Shown in pieces: positions 12,868 to 25,896 of a DNA stretch of 64,000 bases (position 1 is its first letter; every line of letters starts with the position of its first letter). The stretch covers positions 16,482,722-16,546,721 of the forward strand of contig OZ037766.1 in assembly GCA_964035545.1 (NCBI GenBank). Direction: 5' to 3'. Position numbers and translations under genes: made by a program. This stretch comes from Bugula neritina (lineage: Eukaryota > Animalia > Bryozoa). A model generated the notes under the pieces. The model ran no database searches and was not told where the DNA came from. It worked only from the letters and a program-made list of their open reading frames with translations.

Positions 12868-15800
12868 CAGTGGTGGTAGTAGTAGCAGTGGTGGTAGTAG
12901 TGGTAGTATCAGTGGTGGTAGTAGTAGTAGTGGTAGTGGTAGCAGCAGCAGTAGTAGTAACGGTAGTAGTAGTAGCAGTGGTGGTAGTAGTAATAGTAGC
13001 AGTAGTAGTAACGGTAGTAGTACCGGTAGTAGTACCGGTAGTAGTACCGGTAGTAGTTCTGATTTGTTGCCCTCTTCTGTTGACTTTAGTAAGAATTATG
13101 TGACGGACTTCATCCTGGAAGAAACTGACATGCCTGATGAACTGGTGAGAGGCGTAAGAGGTGTTGAAGTATTCAACCAATCATTGCCCCAGGTAACTTT
13201 CTTATTCCCTTATAACTCCTTATTTAGCAGGTAAGTAAACAGTAATGTCGCAGAAGTGCAAGAGTTAAATCTTGAGCTCAAACCAATGAAACTTATTTAA
13301 TTGTATTATAAGAAATTTTGTCTTTTAAAGTACACAAACCAGTCTCATCATTACTGCAATAAACCTTTGTCATATTTTCAAGATAAAAAAAATGAATCGT
13401 AGAATATTTCCAATGATGATGGTGAAAAGCACACATTTATTATGCTGATTTTTTATGTGGAAATAAAATTCATCTGTATACATGTTCTAACATGATAATA
13501 TATGTTTTAATTAATATGGTTAGCAGTTGACTTTATAGTAGGTTTAAATTTAAACTAAAACTGAGTTGAAATCTCTCCGGTGTGTCCAGTTTTTTGTGGC
13601 CAATGTTTCAGGTGTGGCCAATAACCACCTTCCCTGTGAGAGCAATCAACGACAACTCTGTCAGGCTTGTGGAGGCAGCCAAACGGGCTCACCCCATAGA
13701 AAGGCAGCTGAATCAAGTGAGTCTTTTACTCTTTTTGCTAAAGAAAATATTGAGCATGTCTCTGTGTGGTTGGTAATCCTATATCTACTCTCACACTTTT
13801 TACCGATTTTCACCAGTTTTTTCCTTTTCTGCTTAGTTTTAAGTTTCAACAATAAGATTGAGCCAGTCTTTATGATGTCACACTATCTTGGCTTGGGTCG
13901 TCCTCTAGGTCACATTCCTTCTATTCTCATCTCTGACACTCCCATGGTATCTCGTTTGCTATAGTATATATCTACTGTGCTGTTATAATGTAAAGTCGAA
14001 TCATTGACATAGTAATGGAGGACTAAAAAGTAAGAGGGTTGTAGTGTAAGGATTAGAGGCTAACACTTTTGGCTCCTAGCTTTTAAGGAGAGATGTCATG
14101 GTCATCATTATCTTTTCATTCACCTAGAAATAACTTATTTTAATCGGAACAGAGTGTAAACATTGAATGTTTCATGCTATTCTCTTTTTTTAAAGTTCTA
14201 AACATTGTCTATGATTGAGCAATTCAGCAAATGTTTTAATAATAAAAATAAAAATAAAAAAGTGTTGTGAAATTTGATTCCGTTTATTTTGTTCAAAATT
14301 TAATTGTTAGAATATATTCTGCTGGGGGTTTTGTTAGCCTGTATTGCAGGAAAACCTTAGCTTTTTAAACAATTGTGTAATTTTTAAAAAGTTGCTTGAA
14401 AATAGACCATGTAAGTTTGGTACATTTAGTACCTTGTACCAATTCGAGAATACTCACCACTATAACTTATATAAACTTCTGCAAGTTCAAATGCAAAATG
14501 CATACTTCTAGGAAATAGCTGTGCAACTTTTATTACATGCATTATTATATTTCATATCTTAAATTTATGAATCATGAGTTCATTTTTCAAAATGTTTAAT
14601 TTAAGTGCTTAAAAAATGCAAATAAAAAGTACAAGTTTAAAAAAATACCCTGGTGCAAATTGACCACAGCCCCAGCTGTTTTGGCAAAACACATTTAATG
14701 ACATTTTCATCGACATAGTGGTAAATGGGCTGGTTGTTTTTGGCAGATGGGTAGCACGCTGGCTGGCTGCAAGTTTATACAATTCTGATTGGCTGGACTC
14801 TACATGACCAGCTAATGATTGTATCTGATTGGCCTAATAATTCATTTGCGTTTGAAAATGTAGAGTTTTATATAAGTTATAGTGGTGATATTTTAGAGTT
14901 GGTACACACCCCTTTTTTGGTTGAGTTTTATAGTCTGATCACGCTGTAGTCATCTACAACACTTCAGTGTATGGGGAAATTATTAGTATTACAAAATCTG
15001 TTTTGGCTTATATTGCTATGCCAGTTTTCTGACTTAGTTTTTCATCAACTATATGCAGGCTGTTCTAACTTAGGTGATTTCATCAAAGGTAGACATTACT
15101 TAGACCTTAGAACATCAAATCAACCAGTGCTGTTACTTGGTTTTATTGCAAAGCAGTAGTGAGAGCATAGCACACTAGCACAGTCACCAAGCTGCAATGG
15201 CAGTGGCCACACTAAACTCACCAGTTTTATTAAAATATCTTATGTAAGGCACTTAAATACACTAGCCTAGTCTGTTAGTATGTAGAGCAGTAACACAGTT
15301 ACAGCAGTCACACCACCCCTCTCTATCTTGTCTACCAAGTACAGAGGTTGCAAAAATGATAATCATTTCATGATTTAGTTTTAAATCAATGCATATTACT
15401 GAATACATTCTCATAGTCTGATTATTTTGCGCTTCAGCTTATTTTAATGTGATAATTTAAAAAATTGCTTCACATGCATATTACTTACAAATGCATGAAC
15501 CTACGCTAACGATAAATTATTTGCTTGTGTACTCACTACTGTTTTTTAAATTTATATAGCAGTAGCTTTTTTAATCAATCACATATTAATCTGCAAGAGT
15601 TTAATTGCACAGATAATGTAGACATTTTGTATAAAAATTAGTATTAACACGTAATGCCTTGCATGTGGGTCTATATTGCCAGTTGGTATCATCACCTATA
15701 ATACCATGTTGATAACCCTTTCTTGTATACGATTTACTTAGTGGAACAGCATGATTATCTTACAAATGTAATGACATCAGCCATGAGACAATATAGTCTA

Positions 15801-18800
15801 GAATCTAGACTCTAGATTCTTTTAACTGTGAAGTAATCAGCCTCAAACCATTGCTGGATGAAGTGCCTACACTTAGCTGTGAAGCTACTGCAATAACGTC
15901 AACAATTTTACTAATGAGTTTTCAATACATGTTTTAGTCAGTTGGGTAAAATACAAAGGTTCTCTGGTATATGCTAGAATAAATGATGATTAAACATTGG
16001 ATTTAATGAACATTTTTTCATATTGTGTGATGCAACATGATAGTTACAGAAAAAACGCTGATCCCACTAAAAATGTAATGAAGGCATTATATTTCAACAC
16101 TGACTGCATACAACATTGTTACCCACAGAATATTATCCATATATGAGTTTGTATTTTGCAAAATAAGCATCGAGTCTGAGCTGCCATTTTCTTTCACTCA
16201 AAAACCAATAATATCAGACTTTAGCTTACAAAGCATAGTGGTATAGCACATGCATATACAATAGCACACCAAAAAAATATTATAAAGTGCTACACTTTAT
16301 TGGTTACCAAGGGTGGCTGCAGAAAGCACAGCAGACTATTATAATATTTTCTAAAAGAGGTGCAAACAGTAAGCCTACACCTCCAGGACTATTTAGGATA
16401 TCAAGTCTTTTATGGGTTGATTGCTCTTTTAACCTGGATTCTAAGGATAGCAATTAATTTAGTTTAGAGTTACTGCATTCTAGTCAGTTGAAAATGGCCT
16501 TTCTTTCCAGGTGGCATGGCCAGGAAATAAGTAAATACTGTAGGAAGATCGCCATGTAGTAGAAATAGGTGTGCTCCGGAAGCACTATAGTGAAGTTTTA
16601 ATGGCTGGCATATGGTATTGGATACTAGCCCTCAGAATGTTTTTGTCATCTTCCTGCCTCAATGGTGGTTGATGATTACTTTGAGTGAGGAAAAACATGT
16701 ATTGAAAACTCATTAGTATAGCGTCAGAGCTAGGTGCAGATATTTCCTCGAACAATGACTTGAGACTGGGAAGCTCACATTAAATATCACTTAAAAATGA
16801 AGCAAGCTGCTAACAAAATTACTTCATAGTTGAAAAAACTGGACTATATTGTCCTATGGCTGATGGCATTGCATTTGTGGGATAAACATGGTGTTTCACT
16901 AAGGAAATCATGTACAAATTGGTGATGATACCAAGTAACAGTATAGACTAGCATGCCAAGCACTACAGGTTAAAGCTCATTTTTATATAAATCGTCTATG
17001 TTGTCTATTGCTAAAAACTGTGCATTTTAACTCCTGCAAAAAAATATGCAACCAAGTTAAAAAAAATTACTGTTGTAATTTTTTTAAGTAAAATAATGGT
17101 GGGTACATAAGCAACTAATTTATGCTTAGCACATGCTTATACATGTGTTCGTCAGTGTGCTGTAAATATATGCTAGTGATGATAAATATGGTGCAGCACT
17201 GCCATTACAGTTCGCTGACTGTGCTATGCTATTGCTACTGTTTTGCAATAGTAACAACAGTGTTTGATTTGCTGCACCTAAACAGTGTCTACCTTTGATG
17301 AAATCACCTAAGTTAGAACAGCCTGCATATAGTTGATGAAAAACTAAGTCAGAAAACTGGCATAGCAATATAAGCCAAAACAGATTTTGTAATACTAATA
17401 ATTTCCCCATACACTGAAGTGTTGTAGATGACTACAGCGTGATCAGACTATAAAACTCAACCAAAAAAGGGGTGTGTACCAACTCTAAAATATAACCCTA
17501 TAACTTATATAAAACTCTACATTTTCAAACGCAAATGAATTATTAGGCCAATCAGATACAATCATTAGCTGGTCATGTAGAGTCCAGCCAATCAGAATTG
17601 TATAAACTTGCAGCCAGCCAGCGTGCTACCCATCTGCCAAAAACAACCAGCCCATTTACCACTATGTCGATGAAAATGTCATTAAATGTGTTTTGCCAAA
17701 ACAGCTGGGGCTGTGGTCAATTTGCACCAGGGTATTTTTTTAAACTTGTACTTTTTATTTGCATTTTTTAAGCACTTAAATTAAACATTTTGAAAAATGA
17801 ACTCATGATTCATAAATTTAGGATATGAAATATAATAATGCATGTAATAAAAGTTGCACAGCTATTTCCTAGAAGTATGCATTTTGCATTTGAACTTGCA
17901 GAAGTTTATATAAGTTATAGTGGTGAGTATTCTAGAATTGGTACAAGGTACTAAATGTACCAAACTTACATGGTCTATTGCTCTAGTCTTTTCAGTAGGA
18001 TTTTCAACAGTTTGGGGTTGTCTTCTCTATCAATATTTCCGTCGACAGTGGTTTAAGTAAATTATTTTGCCTACATTTTAAATTTATAAGCCTTTAGTGT
18101 GCCTTCCTAATGCCTGGACAAAACTTTTTACTGCTATAACTTATTTATGTTTTAGGAGTAACTAGAAATTAATTGTAATCCTATTGTTACACCAACTAAT
18201 AACAAAGTTGTAGTGAAAAGAGCAATTCGATTTACTTATATTGTGATTGATACGATTCTGAAATAATTTTTTTTTAATATAACTTAGAAAGCATTCAATT
18301 TAGGAAAAATAAAAACTGAAAATCTAATACCTGATGCTGTATTATACCCAACATATTTTGATATAAGCTATAATATTCAGCCATCTGCTAGGGCTTTTAT
18401 GTTTCAGTATATTTCAATCAGCAATAGTTTTGGGAAACAAGTTATAATTTTTTTACTTTTATTTTGATGAACAAGATACAAATACCCAGCTAACAATCTT
18501 TTAAGTGCTGAAATAATGACATTAGGAATTTTAGTTCAGTTACAAAAACTTGAAGTCTTTTGTAATTCATGAAAGATTGTGTCAGTTTAGTCAACTGGGG
18601 TCGAAAAATTGGTAACTTTTTTTATTGGGTACAAATTTATGTTTTCCACATACAATAATGTTAAATTTTTCCTGCAAGGGGGTGCCTTTAACCAAATATA
18701 ATATTTCTATATACAGTTTTGCAAATAACTATTTGTTATTATTCACCCGATAATATGTCTTGTTATTTGCAGAGGCAAATTCTTAGAGCTGTGCCAGTCA

Positions 18801-18919
18801 CTGAGGTGGACTATAAGTTCAAGGACAAGACAACAAGATACTGGGTGTATGGTATGGAGAGACAGGTACACGCCCCTGACTATCCACAACAATGCTGCTG
18901 TGGATGTACTATACTCTGA
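7990..18919 (+). CDS. SSUH2: Protein SSUH2 homolog (DnaJ-like CxxCxGxG Cys-rich repeats), ~492 aa, 9 coding exons
   Basis: Exons are 7990-8374, 10279-10441, 11221-11350, 11593-11778, 11906-12053, 12282-12393, 13090-13192, 13612-13716 and 18773-18919. All are GT-AG with consistent phases, total 1479 nt. Motifs ITDEEARAAM..HCCYG, YTLETFCEGR, VDGP..GPPPAPW, VPHT, repeated CxxCxGxG, VPVTEV.Y and YP..CCCGCTIL match the SSUH2 family. An acceptor at 7967-7968 implies an upstream non-coding exon. Confidence 0.9.
8023..8352 (+). repeat. Coding minisatellite, 11 x 30 bp encoding GGYPPQGAPA
   Basis: Direct tandem repeat GGTGGTTATCCTCCCCAAGGAGCACCTGCT, mostly with synonymous variation. Confidence 0.95.
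12765..13056. repeat. (GTA)n / (GTG,GCA) compound trinucleotide microsatellite in SSUH2 intron 6
   Basis: Visible directly. It explains the poly-T and poly-V shadow ORFs. Confidence 0.95.
13790..13965 (-). mobile_element. Small decayed 3' fragment of an RTE-like LINE
   Basis: The minus strand reads EMRIEGM*PRGRPKPR*CDIIK, resembling the RTE ORF C-terminal GxRxRGRPxxRWxDxI motif with R->stop and W->stop changes. Confidence 0.45.
14404..17976 (-). mobile_element. Decayed ISL2EU/PIF-Harbinger-type (PHIS) DNA transposon with very long TIRs, in SSUH2 intron 8
   Basis: TIRs at 14404-15095 and 17286-17976 are near-identical. Termini AGACC...GGTCT are flanked by AT on both sides (14402-14403, 17977-17978), and there is an internal transposase remnant. 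The AT TSD fits ISL2EU by my recollection of PHIS groups. Confidence 0.75.
16290..16660 (-). pseudogene. DDE_Tnp_4 (Harbinger/ISL2EU-type) transposase C-terminal remnant
   Basis: The minus strand gives GR..DDKNILRAS, FLAMPPGKKGHFQLT...TKLIAILRIQVKRAI, then frameshifted LFAPLLENIIIVCCA..QPPLV. This resembles the IPP...QL...IA..RIHVERAI...VC..L.N.QPPLV consensus, with stops and frameshifts. Confidence 0.65.
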
Positions 18920-19166
18920 GCCTAAAGCAAACAGTCTCTGACTTTATCACTCATCTCACCTGATGATTGTAGTTGCGCAATTTAATCAAAGGAATGTCTT
19001 GATTTTATTTTTTTTTTTAAATTTGTTTTATGTGATCAAATTTTAACCTTGTTCTATGTTCTGTTTTACTTAAGAATGCATACCCACACACTATAGCATA
19101 ATAAACTATATTCACAATACTTAAATTTAAGTTGCATCTTTATTTATAGACTTTTTCTTGGCTCTT

Positions 19167-19370
19167 GGGAGCAGCCATAGTCTAGGGGTTAGAGCGCTGG
19201 CTTAGTAAACACGAATTCATGGGTTTGATTCTCAGTAAAAGCCATTGATGATGTTAGGAAGAGCATCTGGTCATAGTTGCTCCTGTGCCTCATTTGAATC
19301 AGTCCTTAGCTTGATTTAAAAAAACCCTTCTATCAGGGGTTCTTACGGGAATAATGACTATAAACTTGCA
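19167..19370 (+). mobile_element. Degenerate tRNA-derived SINE
   Basis: The head GGGAGCAGCCATAGTCTAGGGGTTAGAGCGCTGG...GGGTTTGATTCTCA has A-box-like (TAGTCTAGGGG) and B-box-like (GGTTTGATTCT) motifs at tRNA-like spacing. It does not fold into an intact cloverleaf. Confidence 0.5.
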
Positions 19371-20940
19371 CGAGGTTTTACTTTGGCTGTTTATTACTTA
19401 CAAAATAGTCGTCTAACTTTTAATGCTTGAACCCACTATTCTCAATGTTGGTCTACAGTTAGTTCAGGGATTCTCACTGTTTTACCATTACTGTGCACAG
19501 TAAGACAATCTTACTTATTAAAGCTGCAAAGCAAATGAAACATATTTTTGAAAAATGGCCCTTCTAAATCTATATTGATCACATTATATTATAGTCTCCT
19601 AGGTCACCTGGCTAGCATACACAAACAGTACTTCCATCTACTTCACTCACTCACCATCTACTCACAATTAGCAAATAGTGGTAAGTTGCCTTCTGCTTTA
19701 TTTTATTATTCAATTGTAAGATAACTTTCCAGAGCTAGCAAAAGTGAGACATTTTGTTTTGTGCATATTGAGTCTAAATTAAAGGAAAAAATATAATATA
19801 TATAACTGAGCGAGAAACATGTAAATCCCTTATATGGCACAGTAGCACTGCAGATAACTGAGGCGCATATATTTTTATTGCATATAATATACAAATTTAC
19901 AGCTTGAACACCCCAACTTGAATTTATACAGCCTCTTAGCTGTATGTACATATACTTTGGTAAAAACATTAGTTTCCTCCATTGTTGTTCTGTGCTGACT
20001 AGGCAAATGGGTCAGCACTGCAGCTAACACTTAAATGATTGATTGTGTATGTCAATTCTACACCTCAAACTTACTGTTTACTTTATTGAAATCCAAAAGT
20101 TAATTAGTCAGAATATTGTTTAGGTATCATTCCATATTATTGTGTGTTTGATAAGCATCTGCATAGGCACATTGCAATCTGCTTTACCTGCATTTTGAAT
20201 AGCAAAGGTCAACAATCAACTGCTAAAACAACAAATACTGAATTTGATATTCCACTACTTTAAGTGAGTAAACTGGAGATTTGCAATTGAAATCTTTTGT
20301 TTCTGAATAGACTTTTGTCTCAAAGTTCATTGCGAATTATCACTTGAAATCTTAGACTGGGGCCATTTATATTAACAAGCTAATTGAGTAATTTCACTTC
20401 AGTTTATAGGTTTGTTTGAGCCACAGACTATGTAAATTGAAATTCTTGATATTTAAGGGGCTAGATATGTTACATTTTTTGTATATCTTGATAAAGGTAA
20501 GGGCCTCTTCACAACACTTGTAATAAAAGTGAGCAGCTGCTACTCGGGTTTCTACAAATGAACAAAGTCAAGTGAATTATATTCTTTTATTATATATGAA
20601 AATAAAGAAGGTTTGTATTGCAGTGATCAAATAAATGAGTAGAAAAAGAAAATCTTGTCAAAATGAGTTCCAGGAGTTTTATATACACAGGTGGTATTAA
20701 TAGCATTGATTGACAACTAACAATAATGACATTATACTGTTCCTACAGAAGGTCATGTTATATTATTTATATACAATAAATTAGAAGAAAAAAGGAAACT
20801 ATGTAAATGCACACATATACTTTTCAATTTACACACCGTCGTATGCATTCAATATCCGTCAACATATTGAGCATTTTTGTTACAGAATATAGAATCAATC
20901 AAATATGAGAGACAGCGTGCTGTGTGCAGGAGCTGCCTAG

Positions 20941-23900
20941 TCAACTTATATGAGAATGGGGTATTGTCCTACAAGCTGTGCAAGTGTCACAAGCTGATGA
21001 ACCTGGAGTTATTCTTCCATTTCCTGCTTGCTGTGCAGAAAACCTTAGGAATTCATCTCGTTCCTCAATATTAGTTGCCATATAATGATTCTCATCATAT
21101 ATCTTATGATATGGTTTATTTGGTGCATTTGGTAAAGGCCTCTGGGCCTGCATCTGGGACGCTTGCAGTGAATGGAGGCTGACTGGATATGGGCCATTTT
21201 TATCACTGCCGTTGCTACTGCTGCTATATTCGCTCATTACTGGTGTAGAATACTGCGTTGCTTTTTTTCGACGGTAAACGCAGAAATGTAAAGTGACAAC
21301 TGTAATGATGAGTGTGCTTATGAAAGTTCCTAATATGGCACCCACCATATCCACTAAAGTGAAGTATTTGATTTTTAGGTAGTGTGTTTCTGTATTGGCT
21401 TCAGATGTCGGGTTAGATAGGATTACATCTTTAGATGTTGCTTGGGAATTACATCCAACACCATTATCTGAACCACCAGCACTTGATGCTTGAAATGGCC
21501 AGTCCACATTAACAGAGAGTGAAATATTGCCACCGTCGTTGGAAGCTACACACCTATACTGTCCCAGGGTCCCTGGTTCATCAGCTAACAACTCTATCTC
21601 ATTTCGGATGCTGTCTTGATTACCGATTGGATCCTTTTCTACAACGACACCATTAGGCCTGTACCAGGAAACCTTGGGTAGTGGAGTACCTCTAGAGATG
21701 CAGGCTAGGGTACCCTTGTCTAGAGAGAAAGACAAGTCAGCTTGCAGCGTCGGCATATCACATGAGAAATCAGCAGCAGACAAACTATCAAAGTATTGCC
21801 CAGTCACATGATCTGGTCCATCACACCGAGGTTCTTCTTTGGTACCCTCCATGGCATCCCGAATTATTGTTGTCTGCGAGTTTAAATCATAAAACTCTTT
21901 GAGCCATTTTGATTGGCAATCACAAATAAGGGGATTGCCATAGATTCTGATGGCTTCAACTTTACTGAACACATCCAGCATGCTTCGGTCAAACCGAGCA
22001 ACCTTGTTACCTTGCAGCATCAGTCTTCGGAGTTTGTTAGTTGACAGTAGAGGCTGGAAAATGTCGGCGGCCAGGTGTTCAATCTTGCATTGCGCCAGGT
22101 TTAATATTTCTGTGGACATTCCAACAAAGGAAGAAGTTGTCAGTTTAATATAGTGGTTTTCTTCAAGATAGAGATAGTTCAATCGGAGGCCAACAAGGGC
22201 GCCTGTGGAGATTATGGCTATGTTGTTGGATGACAAATCTAGAGTGGTTAGTTTAGTCATATCTAAAACAAAAGATAACATAAAATACAATAAATGTACA
22301 AACCAATTGTAAAAGGTTACATTAGTACAGGGTACACGCCCAACTTGAAATATGGTGCAACATCGTATTGTGGCAATATTTATAAATAAGTTCAGCTTAG
22401 AGACATAGTTTCCCTTCTACTAGTGTAGAGGCTGCTGTAATGTGAGTGAGTTTAGCGAGACTCGGTGAGTTAAGTCCACAAGTGACTCACTCCAGTACTG
22501 AATCATGGTGATAGCCAATTAAATCACTTCAGTTTTGATATCTTGTAATTTGTTTTTAGTAAATAACTGAGTAGGTCAAAGGCTTTGTACACACTGGCAC
22601 TTTTTAACAAGCTAATAGGCTGTCTGAATTTCACAAATGTGAGAACATCCTTCCTTATACAAACACCAGTTTAGTGATACATGTTTGATTAGCATCATGA
22701 CCGTGGCATATCATCCTAGCTCATTTAGAAACTTTATAAATTCTTTACAAGAATCATCAAAACCTAATCATACAAACTAAAATGTTACTTGTATCGTTTA
22801 CTGCTTGGTATTTATAAGATGGTGAATAGCAAAACAGTTATTGAGAATTAGTTTAAGAAATGCATTCACTCACAACTTCAACATTCTTCTGATGTTATTC
22901 GAATATCATGATGTAATAGATTTGTAGTAAGCCAAGTGTGTAATTATTTTACACTGATTAGTAAACTTGTTTACTTAAAACTCAACATTTCATTCCAAAA
23001 TAAGCTTTATCAAAATTTGTGAAAATTTTCAAACTTGCCATATTTGCTTTTAAAAGAACCATTTTATATGATTACGATGCTACAAGCTCATTCAGGGCAG
23101 ACTGTGTAGTCATAGAGTAAAATTTCTCATATCCAGTCTGATCGAGTCTCCATCAGTTACAGACCTAAAGACTTACAGCTTTTGCTCTTTTGTTAAAAGA
23201 TATAATTTACAGTATAAAACAATCTAAATAGTTAGAGGCTGTGAAGTAAATCTAGACATAGTAGTTTTGCATTAGAAAAAAAGAAACTATTTTATCAGCT
23301 GACCACATCACTAGACTCAGTGTTTTGAAAGACTCCAATATGGCTGCTAATCAGTTCTAATTAAAATTTTCAAAGATAGCTGGAAACTGAAATGAAGAGG
23401 CCCTTATTGTCCAGTATAAAGAAGCCCAAGCTTTTTTGCTCAGTTGAGGAAGGTAAACCATAAAGGGTTGAATCTGAATAAAATATGCTTTGATCATTTA
23501 ACAGGACACTTGAGTTGACTGGTCCACTTGACAGTCAACACTCCCATTGATGCAAGGCACCTTAAAAACAACAGTTTCTGCTTCTGCTACTCAAAAGTGG
23601 ATTTTGGTGCATGTTGGCTTCATTTTTGGTTATAACTTTAAGGTTTTTGGTTTGGCAGTAATATATTATTTGCTTCTAGACAATGGTTTTACTAAGCTAT
23701 TGAGTCAAGATTGCAGCACAACAATGACACCACCACTAAAGGCAGGAAATTCTCCAAAAGTGTTTACATTTTCTCTAATAGTTTATATAATTGTAGTGAT
23801 TACCTGCACAATATTCTGCAATCTTAGAATTTACAGGTTTGTCCATTAAAGACTAATTAGCAGGCAATTACCCAGGTGCACCAACAGCACACCAGGTGAT

Positions 23901-25896
23901 GCACAGAATCATTAGCTCTGCCCTTAAATCATGGCTTATCAATGAGTCAACAAGTCACTTAAACCAATTCCAGGATTTTGTTGACATATAAACAAATTTA
24001 TAAATAAAACCACAGAACATTTATAATAGAACAAAATAAATTTGCTGGCAGTATAATTGGCTTAAACAAATTTAGTAGTTTTTGAGTGAGGGCCATTAAT
24101 TAATTTGCGATAATGTAATGATAATGCATGCATTATATTTCAGAATCTTTAAAACTTGTATAGATATTCCACTTGTATCCTGTATAAGCCCACACCCTAC
24201 TTTATTAGTTTTCCAGTGATGATACGGAGTTGTCATTGCTTGCATTAAAATCAAAAGTTTTTTAAAGAAAAAACTTTTGATCAAGCAGTCATTTGAGTAA
24301 ATTAATTGCTTATTGCAGTGGCACTAGCCATATAGCAAGTTTTTCTAAACTGATTCAATAACAGTATATTAAGCAGTCTATTAATGCCTTTCTAAGGAAT
24401 GGTGGTTTAGCTTAAAACTTCAACCATTGCAAAACTACCCAATAGAAATACATCCCAGCTATATAATATCTGGAGGTTTTGCTTAGTAGCCAAGGAATTT
24501 TGCTATCTTGGTCTCCTTGAAATTGAGTTGCAACATTTAGCTCACTTTTTGCATTACTTTAGCATGTGTAGGTGTGCAAGCGTTGGCTGGTAAGAATATA
24601 TAGAAGAGAAATGCTAATGCTGGTTAGGTTTACTCAAATATGTAGAAACTGTAAAGTTCCTGTAACAATATTATAGAAGCGGTAACCTATAAGTTCATTA
24701 TTACACACTTGAATGAAAATTTAATATTTTTTTCTTTAGAATATGTTAAGATAAATGGTAGTCTGCATTAAATCAATAACTCAAGTGGGTACATGTAGAT
24801 CACATTGCAGCATATATTAAATACAGAAGGATTACTTATAGAGGTACTTGACCCATAATGTAAGTAATAAACCACCTTAGAGCATTGACTAATATAAAGC
24901 CTATTTACTCCTCTTAAAGTACTTCTTACAGTGAAATTTAGTTTAATTATTGGTGATTACAAATCATGGTATAAAATCTAATGACTGCCTCACCTAAGTT
25001 CTATTAATACAATAACTTTAAATTTGTTTTGTATATGACACCCAAAACTTAAAATGCTGAAATATTTTTTAGGAAGAACAACGATTTTTTTATTTATAAC
25101 AAATGTCAAAGCTTGGCAGATAGACAGGATTGACACTTGGCATTCTGTCTTGACAGCTAGTAGCAGGTTGGTGAGATGTTTTGCTGTTTTTTGATGAGAA
25201 GTGCATTGAGTGCATTGGAAACTAATTACCAGTGTAACCAAATCTTCAAAGACTATACTCAAACCACATTTTCTATTTTTGAATCTTTCTTCTACTTGAG
25301 AGGCATGTTTTAATAGTGGCCCTTAAATCTATTGATTATAATACTGTTCTTTTGATACACACTAGTCAGCTCTTGAAATATCAGTTACTCACTAGCCTGA
25401 AGAGTTTTAAACGTAACCATAGTTTCAAATGGTACAGTCAAATGAGTACAACTCAATCGACCAAAAGGAAAACCTTGTTATTCTATATGTGAATAACAGT
25501 GTAACTCTAGAAGAAAAGAAACCACACCTCTAGTTACATCACCAGCATAACATAGTGCTTTTGAAAGAAAGTTACAGCTTGAGATTTATTGCTGGCAAAC
25601 TCACCTATGAATGTGTGGTAGTTGATGGAGGTAATGCCACAGCCTTTGAGTACCAGATGTTCCAAATTCACATAGTTGGTGAAGTTCTGTCTTTCCAATA
25701 TGGGATTTGTAAATCTATTGAAACTAAGATCTAACTGTTTAGTTTGAGAGTGTATAAGAGGAAGTGATGTCACAGAAGACTGCTCACACTGAGCTCTAGA
25801 ACATCCTGGCAAACACGTGCAGCCATTTATATTATCTATATATTGTGAATATGCAAATGCTGGAATGGTTAGCAGAAGTATTGCTGAATAAAACAT
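20941..25896 (-). CDS. LRR- and Ig-domain single-pass transmembrane protein (LIG family; kekkon/LRIT/LINGO-like architecture), ~537 aa
   Basis: Coding exons 25896-25605 (donor GTGAGT) and 22262-20941 (acceptor TTTTAG) join in phase 1, giving a continuous 24-aa LRR register (..NYHTFI-D-MTKLTTLDLSSNNI). Domains are signal peptide MFYSAILLLTIPAFAYS, LRRNT CTC...C, ~7 LRRs, LRRCT GNPLICDC, Ig LAC..G.P.PKVSW...GQYRCVASN, TM VGAILGTFISTLIITVVTLHFCVY and a cytoplasmic tail. An acceptor at 25991-25992 implies upstream UTR exon(s). Confidence 0.88.

Noticed and set aside
12716-13180. Poly-Thr mucin-like and poly-Val ORFs
   Set aside because: They are translations of the intronic (GTA)n microsatellite.
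14971-17410. Duplicated small 'secreted peptide' ORFs MGKLLVLQNLFW... on opposite strands
   Set aside because: They are the two copies of the transposon TIR, with no independent coding evidence.
19167-19240. Functional tRNA gene
   Set aside because: The A/B boxes are degenerate and the acceptor and T stems do not pair, so I treated it as a SINE head.
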